From positions 70,558,001 to 70,622,000 of the forward strand of contig NW_024704743.1 of NCBI RefSeq assembly GCF_018977255.1: a DNA stretch of 64,000 nt, in the 5' to 3' direction. Source of the DNA: Callorhinchus milii (Eukaryota). The notes beneath the pieces are model-generated. The model had not been told where the DNA came from, searched no databases, and saw only the letters and a program-made list of their open reading frames with translations. Below are positions 13,021 to 24,739 of this stretch, in pieces. Every line of letters begins with the position of its first letter. The first letter of the stretch is position 1. The translations under genes and the position numbers were made by a program.

Positions 13021-13590
13021 GGATCAAAATGGCTACTCCACTGGTCACTACACTTGATTAATGCAGCAGCAATATTTTTCACCCACAAATATACAGTCAA
13101 TTCACTTTACAGCATATTCTGTGAAGTGCTTTGAGATGTCTAGAAGACGTTGAAAAGCGCTATATCAAATGCAAAGATTATTACTAATTCATTTTACAGT
13201 ATATTCTGTGAAGTGCTGTGAGACGTCTGAAGACATGATAAGGTATCAAACGCAAGGATTATTATTATTGACACTAATTTTTGTAAGACTTTACAAGAAT
13301 TAGACTTTTCAATCAGACTTTTTAATGTGATAAGGTGTTATAAAATAAGTATTTTAACATGAAATTGCATAAGAATAGAGCACAAGTTTTGCTAATGGCA
13401 GCAAACGTCTCATGTCATGTTCTCATATTAGTTTCCTTCTGTCTCTGATTGTGGCACTAAGGTAAGGTAAGGTTTAGACCACAAAATGTAATTAAAATTA
13501 TTATTAAAATAGTTTTTTATGCCATGCTGCAAATTATGAAAAATCAATGAAGTAAACGGATATAAAATGTCGGGAGGACGTCCCAAGGCG

Positions 13591-13950
13591 CTGAAACACA
13601 GCAATGTACCACAAACAGCCATGAAACAAATGACCAGTTTTATCTGAAGTGTTGTTGCCCAGAGCACTAGAAGTAACACCTTTCTCTTTTCAAATAGTAC
13701 CATGGGATCTTTAACATTTAACTGCATAGGCTAACAGAATCTTAGTTTGAGGTCTCATCAGTGCAGCATTTCTCCAGCATTTTATTGAAGTGAGCTCAAA
13801 GTCCTAAAGTAAAGTTTGAACCCAAATAATCTGACCTTAATCCTTTCAGTGCCTTGGGCCAACCTTCCAACGTGAAATGCTCTATACAAATATAATGTGT
13901 TGTTGTTGACTCAGAGGTGAGAGTGCTACCAACTAAATCACGCTGCCACA
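13591..13950 (-). mobile_element. Deu-domain SINE (family B), interrupted by an L2 tail (13845-13908, +)
   Basis: Deu core CAAATAGTACCATGGGATCTTTAAC; the head resumes at 13908 (GACTCAGAGGTGAGAGTGCTACCAAC). Confidence 0.7.
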
Positions 13951-15240
13951 CATTCCACCTCAATTTACCCTATTTATGCTGCATTTTAGAATGACCAGAC
14001 TTTGGTAAAAATGTTAACTAACTGTGTAGCTGATTTTTTAAAATTATGCCTTAATAAATAGAGCAATTTTAACATGAGATGAAATTTCTCCCCCAAAATT
14101 GCACTGGTGTAAACTCAAATTATGACTGTTAGTTCCACATAATGTAAATCAAAAGGGATTATTTCAGGCATGGCATAATCCAAAGGATAATGAAGCCCTA
14201 CAGTGGTATGTCTAATGGCAAGGCAGTATTTATAGAAAAACGAAAAATCTGTGTGCAAATCAGTGTAAGTAAATTGGAAGTGTTAAGCCCTTCCAATACG
14301 ACGTAAATAGTATATGTTTATGGTCGAAATGAGTAGGACAATACTAACTATTTAAGTAAGTTTGTTCTATTCTAGATTCTATTCTTATTAGTTGTGCTGA
14401 TTGATGCATTCATCGGCTGGTGCTATTCAATTATAGTGGAATAAACATCTCTGCGTAATGTGGAGCAGTGGTTGCTTCGCAACTGGTACTTTACCATCGG
14501 TGGTAAAACATGACTGGCTAGAAATTCCGTGCACTTCTCCATCAGCAAAATAATTCGAAAGGGATTTTCTCCTGGTCTCTTGGCCAACAATACCCTAAAT
14601 AAAATTGGTTATTCACTTCATAGCTGTTTTGCGACATTGCTCTGTGCAAAATTGGCTGCCCCGTTTGTCTGCAAGATACACGGTGACTACACTTTTCTGT
14701 ATATCCTGTAAACCGTTTGTAAAAATTTTGTTAACATACAAGATTTATGGTTTTTTTTATTGGCGTAATACAGTAACGCATTACTGGAGTTCAAGCGAGG
14801 TACACCCACTTGATTTCACTTGATGTCGGCAGGGTTTCAGAGGTCATGAAAAATTCTGTGCATTTTGCCCAGTTTTCTCTCACACTCCAGTAATGTATAA
14901 ATGCAGTTATTAGGAATAGACATATAATACCAAACACTTCACTGGAGCACCAACGGGGAAAGGAAAAACATTCGAATAACAATTTAGTACCACTTGCCTT
15001 TGGTAGCTACCTGTTTACATGACTTTGTCAGGTGTTTGTAATATGGGAGATTTGCATTTACAATAGGGAACTTCTATATATCTCAGAGACTTAGAGGTAA
15101 CTAGCTCCTTGAATTTAGCCATCTTGCAGGATATATCACAACAGTATTTGGAAGGTGGCTTCGTGTGTCATGATGCTAGATATGAACAAGGCATCACCTC
15201 TCACTTACCACTGCAGAGGCTGACAGGGAGAGCGGGCACA

Positions 15241-15742
15241 TAATAATAATACTTCTTGCATTTGATATTACCTTATCATGTGTTCGAGATGTCTCAAAGC
15301 GCTTCACAGAATATACTGTAAAGTGAATTGACTGTATATTTTGTGGGCAAAATGCAGCAGTTAATTTTGCGCAGCAGTGTTCCACAAACTGTCATGGATT
15401 GAGCGATAAAGATTGATTGATTGACTGACTGACTGACTGACTGACTGACTGATTGATTAATTGATTGATTTATTGATTTGTTGATTTATTGATTTATTGA
15501 TTTATTGATTTATTGATTTATTGATTTATTGATTTATTGATTTATTGATTTATTGATTTGAAGGGATTAATACCCCAGGAAAAGCATTCCACCAATCGAC
15601 TAACAACCGGGTTCCTACTTGCTGCTAGGTAAACAGAAGCGTATGGAGTAAGGAAATTGGCCAACGTTTTGCCCTATCTGGGAATTGAACCTAGTTCGCT
15701 TGCTTGTGAACGAGTGCTTTGACCACTGAGCTACATGACTCC
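15241..15742 (-). mobile_element. SINE family A, long form, with internal microsatellite
   Basis: Head and tail match family A; compound microsatellite at the linker. Confidence 0.9.
15411..15558. repeat. Compound microsatellite (GATT)n(GACT)n(GATT)n(TTATTGAT)n
   Basis: Directly visible tandem units. Confidence 0.95.
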
Positions 15743-15857
15743 ACATGGCCCAGTAACAGCATTTTTTCAGCTATTTGGTTTTGAGGAAAACCCTACAGGT
15801 GCTCACACTCTGGAAGGTTGCGTAGTAGAAAGAGCTTCTTGAAATAATAGAACAGGA

Positions 15858-16270
15858 ATGAATAGGCTGGGCCTGTCAAAGAATACCTTGAAGTAGTTTA
15901 CAGAGCTCATAAAGCTGTTTTTGGTGCCTTGAAGTGAGGTCCGGACAGTCCTGTCAGTGGCCCTCAATTTCTACACCACAGGCTCCTTCCAAAGACTGGG
16001 AGAGACATGGAGAGGGTCAACCACTCTGCACTTCACTGATCCTTGAGCAGGTAACCCTGTAATGGTACTGAAAAACATAAAGATGTGTCAATTTTGGATT
16101 AACTCGATTCGACAGAAATTTTTTTTGTTACAAGCTTGCTGACCCTGAGGGTTTAGGAGGTGATGGATTGCCATCATTACTTGGCAATCCCTATGTGACA
16201 ATTTCTATCCATACAACCCTCATCATACATGAAGAGGGAAGGTTGCTGCAGCCTGAAGGTTCAGGCAGTC
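15858..16270 (+). pseudogene. HARBI1-like Harbinger DDE transposase remnant (N-terminal half)
   Basis: Hand translation gives, in order: NRLGLSKNTL, VLSVALNFYTTGSFQRLGE (15948-), LRV*EVMDCHHYLAI (16145-, IDCTH-like), SYMKREGCCSLKVQAV (16223-16270, NRKGxxSxNVQ-like). Confidence 0.82.
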
Positions 16271-16895
16271 ACTTTACAGGCACAGCTGGCCTATAGGTAT
16301 TCACTGACAATGTCTGACAAGAGGGAAGCACTGCCCATTGCATGAGGGGAGGTGGGGAAGAGGTTCTTTATTAAAATAAATAATAATAGCCCTCCCCCAT
16401 TAATGCTGCTGGATTCACAGGTAGTTCTGGTTGTTTGGAAGCCAATGGTGACGAAAGAGGTAGGTAGAGCCTTTATGGACTTCTGAATTCTGCTTTGGGA
16501 CACTACCCTGTGCGATGGGCATTATATAAATGCAAGTTGTTGTCGTTGTTAATATAGATAACCATTAGTAATAGCCACTATAAGAAAGTTTGAGGCAAAA
16601 CTTTAATGTCATATGCACGTGAGTTTTGTGTCTATCAGTGAATAAATAATTGTTACTTTCATCAGGCTGAGATACGCCGATATCTTCCTCTGGGATTCCT
16701 CGTGAGCTGCCTCTCCTTGAAGTGATCACCATCAGCCATGATTCTTCGTGCAAGCTTCTCACAAATTTAAGGATTATTATTACCCTCCTCTGAAAGACTA
16801 TATAGTCAATGTACACTCTTCTGACATAAACGTGGCAAGATCTGCATCCCATCCTTGGGATTGAATGCCTACTCAAGGAAATGACCATTCATTTT

Positions 16896-17205
16896 ATAAT
16901 AATAATAATAATCCTTGCATTTGATATAGCGCTTTTCACATCTCAAAGCACTTCACAGAATATGCTGTAAAGTGAATTGACTGTATATTTGTGGGCGAAA
17001 CGTGGCAGCCCATCGCACACAGCAGTGTCCCACAAACAGTCGTGGATTGAAAATGACCAATTTATTATTGTTTTGTTTTTTGGAGAGATTATTATTAGGT
17101 GTGTGGAGTAAGGAAACTTACCCAAGGTTTCGCCCTCTGCCTGGAATTAAACCCAGGTGTCCTGCTTGCAAGGCAAGTGCTCTAACCACTGAGCTACAGG
17201 ACTCC
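16896..17205 (-). mobile_element. SINE family A, short form
   Basis: Intact head, (TAT)n tail, ATTTT on both flanks (16891-16895, 17206-17210) as a probable TSD. Confidence 0.92.
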
Positions 17206-17259
17206 ATTTTGCCCATGTTAACAAAACCATATAAGTCGATGCTGGTATTAAAGATCGAC

Positions 17260-17470
17260 TGTACTACTGCACTCCTTTTCAAATTGTACGGTTTATATAT
17301 GTACAGCCATCTCATTTTGGTAAAGCTGACCGGATTGACTTTCCTAGTTATTTCCTTGTATCACTTCTGCCTTACCAGCTGAGCAGTCCCAGAACAATGG
17401 GCTTGAAGCTCTGAGACACCCGTCTCCAATATAATGGAGATGCCTCATGGCAAATGGCTTTTGCATGGCT
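17260..17470 (-). pseudogene. Myb/SANT-like (NAIF1/MSANTD-type) Harbinger partner gene remnant
   Basis: Minus strand reads RQK*YKEITRKVNPVSFTKMRWLYIYKPYNLKRSA (from 17372), resembling the WxxIxxxVNAVxxxxRxxxxxxKKWxDLK trihelix motif. Confidence 0.62.
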
Positions 17471-18119
17471 GGCCCCTCTTCTTTTGCTGCTGCACACACC
17501 AGGATCGATCAACATTAACATTCCCATATACAAATTTCCACTCTTTTAACTTCAAATCCCTTTAACTCCTTCAAGATCAGTGCACCGGAATTTCAACCCT
17601 TACATATATTGTAAATGAGCTACAATATTATGTTACACATAAGGCAAGTCAATATCAGGTATTGAGCAACTTTGACCATTTCTGTTATTTCATTCAATAT
17701 GCCTGCTATCCACAGGACATTTCCTTTCCTCTTTGACTATGCCTACGGTCACCTCACTTTTCTTCCAGGCTCGGCATCAAACTATATCGTTGGTAAGTGC
17801 TCCGACATGCTATCCCATGTGCAGGACGCTTTATAAATGCAAGTTGTTGTTGCCATTGTTAGACCTGATTATAATAGATACTACCAGATGGTCCCAATAT
17901 TTTGAAATCTCCCAAGCTTTAAAGTATCAGAAGAATAATTGGACATTTTACTATTTTAGCCACGGAGTAGCTCAGAATTGTAAACTCCTCCATTACTGCA
18001 GCATACATTACTGATAGCTTACCTCACATACATCTGTCATTCTTGTCTAAAAAGATCAATACTGAAATGTATTTTCTGCATTTATTCATCTGAGTATTAA
18101 CAAGCTCACTAGGTAAATA

Positions 18120-18426
18120 ACAATAATAATAATCCTTGCATTTGATATAGTGCTTTTCATGTCTTCTTGACGTCTCAAAGCGCTTCACAGAATAGACTGT
18201 AAAGTGAATTGACTGTATATTTTTGTGGGCGAAACGCGGCAGTCAATTGCGCACAGCAGTGTCCCACAAAATGAATGACCAAATTATTATTGCTTTTTTT
18301 TTCTTGAGGGATTATTATCAGGAGTGTGGAGTAAGGAAACTTGTCCAAGGTTTCATTCTGCTGGGAATCGAACCCAGGTCTCTCGCTTGCAAGGCGAGTG
18401 CTCTAACCACTGAGCTACAGGACTCC
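18120..18426 (-). mobile_element. SINE family A, short form
   Basis: Head GGAGTCCTGTAGCTCAGTGGTTAGAGCACTCGCCTTGCAAGCGAGAGACCTGGGTTCGATTCCC on the minus strand. Confidence 0.92.
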
Positions 18427-18549
18427 ACATTGGGAGCTTTCCAAATGGAAATTCACTGACATTTAATATGCAGGGTTATAAAGTTGAATTGAAGAATTAT
18501 ACAGAAACACACTTCATTATTTTCACCCAGATTTTTAAGTAAATCAAAA

Positions 18550-19005
18550 AAGAGCAATTGCTATAGCAGGATTCACTAGAATGATACCATGAATGATGGG
18601 TTATAATTACATGAAAGACTTTTTTTATTTGGAGCGCAGAAGATTCAAAGTTATGAATGGTTTTGTAAGAGTAAATAGAAAAAGATTATTCCCACAGATC
18701 ATCAAGTCGGTAACAAGATGGCATAAATTGAGGATTATTACAAGAAGAAAAAAGCAAGAGTTTAGAAGATTTTTTTTACACGGAGTGTTGTCAAAAAATG
18801 TTTATCAAGTGGCTCTCATTGCTGGAGCAGAGTCTACACAAGTATTTATAAATATATTGGATAAACACTCGAGGAAGATAATATTAAAGAATATTGGGAA
18901 AGAGCAAAAGAATGGGGTTCGAGTAGATAGGTCCAGTAGAGGGAACTAGCACAGGAATGATGTGCTAAATGGCATCTTTTTGTTCAATAAGCCTTTCATG
19001 ATTCT
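18550..19005 (+). mobile_element. CR1 3' fragment
   Basis: ORF 18593-18949 reads FKVMNGFVRVNRKRLFP...TRWHKL...RRFF; degenerate CR1 terminus. Confidence 0.7.
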
Positions 19006-20280
19006 GTATTTTATTGCAGGCATCCTGAAAGAGTTAATCATGTAATCCTGAAAGAGTTAATCGATACAGCTTCACTCTTTCTGTGATATTTTTCCGTTTC
19101 GCAAAGCATTTTCTTGAATGCAATTAAAACTGCCTGGATAGTTTCTGGAAAATTGTTTTCAAGCAACTTTGATCTGATGACTGATAATGTATAAATAATA
19201 TATATTACATTTAGTGGTCTTTGCCACCCTGTTTTTTTAGTACTGTGTACACGTCGCTAATGCATCATGGTTTAACCAGTCATTTAAAAACAACACCTTC
19301 TGAAGTCAGTTCCGAGCAGTCTGTGATTTTGGTGGCTGATCTTGTGATAATTTGTTTCCTTTTACGTGTTGTGTGTGTGTGTGTTTGCAATGGAAATGCT
19401 GTAAGTGAGTAACTGCAGGTAGGTGGATCTTGTCAAAATCAACCATTTCCCTCTCAAGCAACTCAAAACTTGAATATTACTGAGAAGAGAAATGAAAAGT
19501 CATTTGTGTGATGGGAATTTGATAAATAGCCTGTTCACATTGTGGTGGACACACACTGATACTTAATAGAAGAATTCCTCCCACAACCCACTACAAACCA
19601 AAGCCTTACGAATGTGAAACTGGAAACAACCACTTCTTAAGACGTCAGAGAATAATTAAATTGCTGCATTAGAAGTGAAGTGAAATTCTGTCTTCTTAGC
19701 TAAATTCTATCTCTTTTAATAACTGATAGCAGTGATAAGAAATTAACTGTCTTCCACTTTGCACCCAGTTATGATATTAACCCCTTACAGGTATTAGACT
19801 TGGGGAAAGCCCAACTGCCTGCCTCACTCTCAGGCCTGCTTATAGCTCCTGCTAGAAAGCAGTGTGACCAACCCATGAGTCTCACAGCCTCTTATCCTTG
19901 TGGCCTTCCTATGCAAATGATTTCAAAACAAGTGCCAATCACTTTAGAATTTGAGGGCACTCTGGACTCACATCCTGCAACAGCTGTCGGAGAGTGGAGA
20001 CCATCACTCTTCTGGTCTGGCTCCAAGCCCAGGTCTCAAAGGGAAACTTTCCTCTCATTCATAATGCATGGGGATAAATCCCTCCCATTGTTTTGTCATG
20101 CTATAATTTTTATATTGACATCAACTTTACTTTGAAATAATTAACTGTGCTGGGCTGAACTCCAGTGACAGTTTATTATCAGATCCTTCTTCCTTTGCTG
20201 TTATAATATGGGGAGAAATTTCACCTGGATCTAGATTTATTCAATTTTATGTAGGAGTTTTGTATTTTGTTTTGTGTTTG

Positions 20281-20693
20281 CGTTTTTGCCCACAAAATAT
20301 ACAATCAATTCACTTTACAGTATATTCTATGAAGCACTTTGCGACGTCTCGAAGATGTAATAAAGCACCATATTGTGGAGTCCTGTAGCTCAGTGGTTAC
20401 AGTACTCGCCTCACAAGTGAGAGACCTGGGTTCTATTCCCGCAGTGTGAAATGTTGGGCAAGTTTCCTTACTCCACGTGCCTTTATTTACCTAGCATTAA
20501 GTAGGAACCTGGTTGTTAGTTGATTGGTGGATCTCTTTTCCGGGAATTATAATCCATTAAGAAAAATAAACAATCCACGACTGTTTGTGGGACACTGCTG
20601 TGTGCAATTGGCTGCCACGTTTCGTCCACAAATATACAGTGAATTCACTTACACTTTATAAGGCGCTATACAAAATACAAGGATTATTATTAT
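20281..20693 (+). mobile_element. 5'-truncated dimeric SINE family A
   Basis: Tail of one monomer fused to the head of the next (starts 20377) through the same junction as 552-1270. Confidence 0.9.
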
Positions 20694-20801
20694 GTATAGA
20701 TAAAGGAATTCTGTTTATTAGGATGGTGTGTATTTGGATTTTCAGACGGTGTTTGATAAGGTGCCACATGGATGATTCGTGGAGAAGCTCAGGGCACATG
20801 C

Positions 20802-21271
20802 AATAACAATAATAATAATAATAATTCTTGCACTTGATACAGTGCCTTAACACATAATTGAGATGTCTCAAAGTGCTTCACAGGATATAATGTGAAATGG
20901 ATTTACTGTGCATTTTGTAGGTGAAACAAGGCAGCCGGTTGCGCACAGCAATATCCCATGAACAACCACAGAGTGAAAGACCAATTTTATTTGGAGGATT
21001 GTTAGCCAGCAAGAGAAACTCCCTTCTCTTTTCAAATAGTGCCATGGGATCTTTAACATCCACCTGAACGTGCTGATGGGACCTTGGTTTAACATCTCAT
21101 CCGAAGGATGGCACCTCCCACAATGTAACCGCCTCCTGACAATGCAACGCACCCCCAGCAATGCGTTGGAGTGTCAGCTTAGACTATGTGATTCCAAGAC
21201 CCTGATGTGGGGCTTGAAATCACAACCTTCTAACTTAGAAGCGAGAATGCTACCACTGAGCCAGGCTGACA
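20802..21271 (-). mobile_element. Full-length Deu-domain SINE (family B)
   Basis: Head GTGTCAGCCTGGCTCAGTGGTAGC; Deu core GGAGGTGCCATCCTTCGGATGAGATGTTAAACC...AAAGATCCCATGGCACTATTTG; (TAT)n tail. Confidence 0.85.
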
Positions 21272-21843
21272 CGTACAATATGGGACTTATGTCAGTTTGG
21301 ATAGAAAGATGGTTGAAGGTTAGGAAGCAGAGAATAGGACTAAAATAATATTGTTCCGGATGGTGGAAAATAATTAGTGGTGTACCACAAGACTGTGCTA
21401 GGGGCTCTCCATTTTTCAATAAGTATGATTCGCCCTTGACTTACATATAACAACAACAACAAAATTACATTTATAGAGCGCCTTTCACGTTGGGAGGACG
21501 TCCCCAAGGCGCTGATAAGGAGTACAATAACAAAATCTGCAGATAATAACAATCTAGGAGGTATAGTAAGAGTGAGAAGAATGGCAAAAGACTGGAGCAG
21601 GACTTAAACAGATCAGATCAATTGGCTGAACAGTGGCAGATAAAGTTAATGAAGCAAAATGTGGTGATTTATTTTAGCAGAAAGGACAGAAAGAGAAGGG
21701 AACATATGTTAAATGTTAATATTTTGCTTGGAGCAGAGGAGAAGACACTTGAGAGTGCAGATGCATAAGTGGACAGGGCTGTGAAAAAAAACTAATGGTG
21801 TTCTGGGTTTTATCCATGGAGTCAAAGAATACAAAGGTAAAGC

Positions 21844-22669
21844 TGTGGGATTTTGTAATTAATGTGTTAAATAATATCTCAAATTATATTTGCGATGTTT
21901 ATATTTTTGAGACTTGTAATCAATCTCATAAGATATGATGGGAGCTGGTTGTGACTAGCTTCGCAGAAGATGCTTTTTTAAGGATGAAAAACAAAAGACT
22001 GTTTATAAACAACCAACTGTTTTCATTCCTTATCAGTCATTTTCTCATGAAAAAATGGTCTGCAGACATTTTAACATGGGAGAGAGCTATGTTGCATTGT
22101 TTTTTGGAAAGGAACCATCTTGCAAAAGGCAATAGGTGAAAAGTCACCTAACCAACTGTATAAACAGAGATCGATTCGAAAACAGAATCAGAAGAAAGAA
22201 TTGGGAAGAAAGAATTGGGAAGAAAGAATTGGGAGGAAAGAATTGGGAAGAAAGAATTGGGAAGAAGAAATAAAGGAATTGGAGTCGCGAACCATATTCT
22301 AGCTTCTAAAGAAGGAAGATCAAAACTTTGATTTAAACAACAGCCAACATCAAAATAATAACTGGATACTTTTGGGTGATCAAACTGCGAAAAGTACAAC
22401 AGTACTTGGATACCTTTTGATGGACATTAAAGAGGACAGATTAAAATGGACATTAAATTGGACATTGCTCCTCTATTTCTTCCGCAGCATTTGGTTTGAT
22501 CAACTTAAATCGTTGCAAGCTGTACGTGGATACTTAAGCATTATTGTGATGTATTCTTTTAATTACTTATAACTATTATTAATCTGAATTAATAAACCTT
22601 GATTAATTGTACAACCTTTGTGTCAGTCCTTACTTCACCGCAGGGTCACAAATTTAATTAACCCTTACA
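21844..22669 (+). mobile_element. Solo LTR (826 bp), 4-bp TSD AAGC
   Basis: TGT...ACA termini; AAGC at 21840-21843 and 22670-22673; TATAAA 22159-22164; AATAAA 22591-22596; removing it restores the CR1 reading frame. Confidence 0.88.
22191..22266. repeat. 14-bp tandem repeat GAAGAAAGAATTGG, 5 copies plus a partial
   Basis: Directly visible inside the LTR, just downstream of the TATA box. Confidence 0.95.
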
Positions 22670-22790
22670 AAGCAATAATGCTAAGTTTGTACAAATCATT
22701 CATAGATTGCAACTGGAATACTGTGTTTAGTTTTGGGCATCTCACTTCAGGAAAGATGTTAAGTTTTGGAGGTTGCAAAGGAGATGTATT

Positions 22791-23170
22791 TATAATAATA
22801 ATAATAATAATATCCCTTGCATTTGATATAGCTCCTTATCATGTCTCCGAGACATCTCATAGCACTTCACAGAATATACTGTAAAGTGAATTGACTGTAT
22901 ATTTTGTGGGCGAAATGTGGCAGTGAATTGCGTACAGCAGTGTCCTACAAACAGTCGTGGATTGAGTGACCAATTTATTATTTTTTAAAAGGAATTATTA
23001 CCCCCGGAAAAGCGATCTGCCTATCGACTAACAACCGGGTTCCTACTTACTGCTAGGTAAACAGAGGCATGTGGAGTAAGGAAATTTGTCCAAGGTTTTA
23101 CCCTGCTAGTAATCAAACCTAGGTGTCTCGCTTGAGAGGAGAGTGCTCCAACTACAGGAGCTACAGGAGT
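22791..23170 (-). mobile_element. SINE family A, long form
   Basis: Full family A body inserted in the CR1. Confidence 0.88.
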
Positions 23171-24059
23171 TACAAGGATAATACAGGAATCAGGGGCTTT
23201 AGTTATAAGCAAAGATTGGAGAAGTTGGGTCTATTTTTAATAGAGCAGAGAAAGTTGAGAGGGGACCTGAGGTAGATTTACAACATTATGAGGGGTTTTG
23301 GCAATCTAAGTAGGGAGAAGCTATTTCCACTGGTAGGAGATTTAGTGATTAGAATACATAGATTTAAAATAGCCATAAGAACAACAACAACAATAAAATT
23401 ACATTTGTATAGTGCCTTTCATGTCTGGAGGATATTCCAAGGTGCTGGAAGAGTGAAAGTTGATCTTTGAAGACATTTCTTCACTCAGAGAGTTGTTGAA
23501 ATGTGGAATGCCTTGCCAAGTAAGATGGTAGAGGCAGAGTCCATTGTGGTTTTCAAGAGGGAAGTAGACGGGTATACAAAAGTTAGAGGTTTTAAGGGGT
23601 ATGGGGATAGAGTAGTGCCGTGGGATTGAAAATGCAGCTTGCTCTGTAGTACGCACCAAGCACTGCATTTTTGGGTCAGCCTTTATGAGTTCAAAAGCCC
23701 AATATAGGGCTTGAACCCACAACCTTCCAACTCAAGATTCCTACCAGCTGAGCTAGTCTGGCACATTATTAAATTAAAAGGCAGGTGGCCAGAATTTTTA
23801 AATAAATTCATAAAAAAAGATGGATTATCGCATTTATTTGAATAAATTATTGCTATTTCACCCAGAATTTGTCCATGTCTTTTTATAACAGAGACAAAGA
23901 AAAATCAGGTGAGTATAAGCACAAAGAAAACCCAGTTCTGCAACTCCACCCCCCAGGGACCTGATGATGGTGGTACCTGGAAATCATAAGTGCTATATAA
24001 TATTCTGCAGATACTAAAATGCCTACACATCCATTCCCAAACGCATTTTGTAATGTTGA

Positions 24060-24361
24060 ATCTTTGCCCTCAATACTCCTGTTTGTTCTCCACTGAAGTG
24101 TTCGGTGCTATACGCCTGTTCCTACCAGCCGTATTCATAGGTTACTGGAGTGTGAGGGAAATGTTGGCAAAATGCATGGAACCTCACATGAGCTGTGAAA
24201 CACCACAGGTGAAACCCCAGGTGAAATTAAGGGGGCAGACCTGGATTGAACTCCAGTAACATTTTGGAATTTAGCATCAAAAACGCTACAGGATTTGGCT
24301 TGCGTTTTTACAAAATACTTATATGATTTCCTTGATAGAGAAGAGCACAGAATTTCTAGCT
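24060..24361 (-). mobile_element. Harbinger terminal/subterminal segment, inverted homolog of 14516-14990
   Basis: Reverse complement AGCTAGAAATTCTGTGCTCTTCTCTATC...TTACTGGAGTTCAA...CTCACACTCCAGTAA...AACACTTCA aligns with the left end of the 14516 element. Confidence 0.75.
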
Positions 24362-24739
24362 AGGGTTTGGTTTTTGTTCATGACAAGTTTGTTCATTTGA
24401 GCAACTGAGCTTTGCAGCCCTCGAAAATATTAAGTGCCCAGTTTGTGCTGAGCTTGCTGATCTCAACCAGGGAGGCACTAAAGGTATTAGAATTGACCTC
24501 AGCGTTGTTCAGAGGGTTTGAAACGTTCTATTACCCCCTGTTTTTTTATTAAATACATTTTTATTTTCTGTTGCAGATGAGTCGAATGTAACAATGTTTG
24601 ACACCAGTAATTTCCTCATCACTCCATCCATGTTATGGAAAATGTCGCACCAAACATGGCGACGGATTGTTATCTGCCATGAAAATGATGGCGCTCACTC
24701 ACACCAATCCTCTGGTTAAATGCTTAATTACAATCGTCA

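Larger units (their letters stand above)
14516..17599 (+). mobile_element. Fossil PIF/Harbinger DNA transposon (two genes, TIR-bounded)
   Basis: Left end GGCTAGAAATTCCGTGCACT versus reverse complement of right end GGGTTGAAATTCCGGTGCACT. Internal transposase and Myb/SANT remnants, interrupted by SINEs. No intact TSD. Confidence 0.72.
21275..23640 (+). mobile_element. CR1 ORF2 3' portion with four nested insertions
   Basis: WIERWLKVRKQR, SGVPQ, EYKGK|AIMLSLYKS, LEKLGLF, FFTQRVVEMWNALP pieces are collinear across the insertions. Confidence 0.8.

Noticed and set aside
19025..19062. Tandem duplication ATCCTGAAAGAGTTAATC, 2 copies
   Set aside because: An ordinary short slippage duplication with no further structure.
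22191..22266. CRISPR-like or coding repeat
   Set aside because: Head-to-tail units without spacers, inside an LTR in vertebrate DNA; a plain minisatellite.
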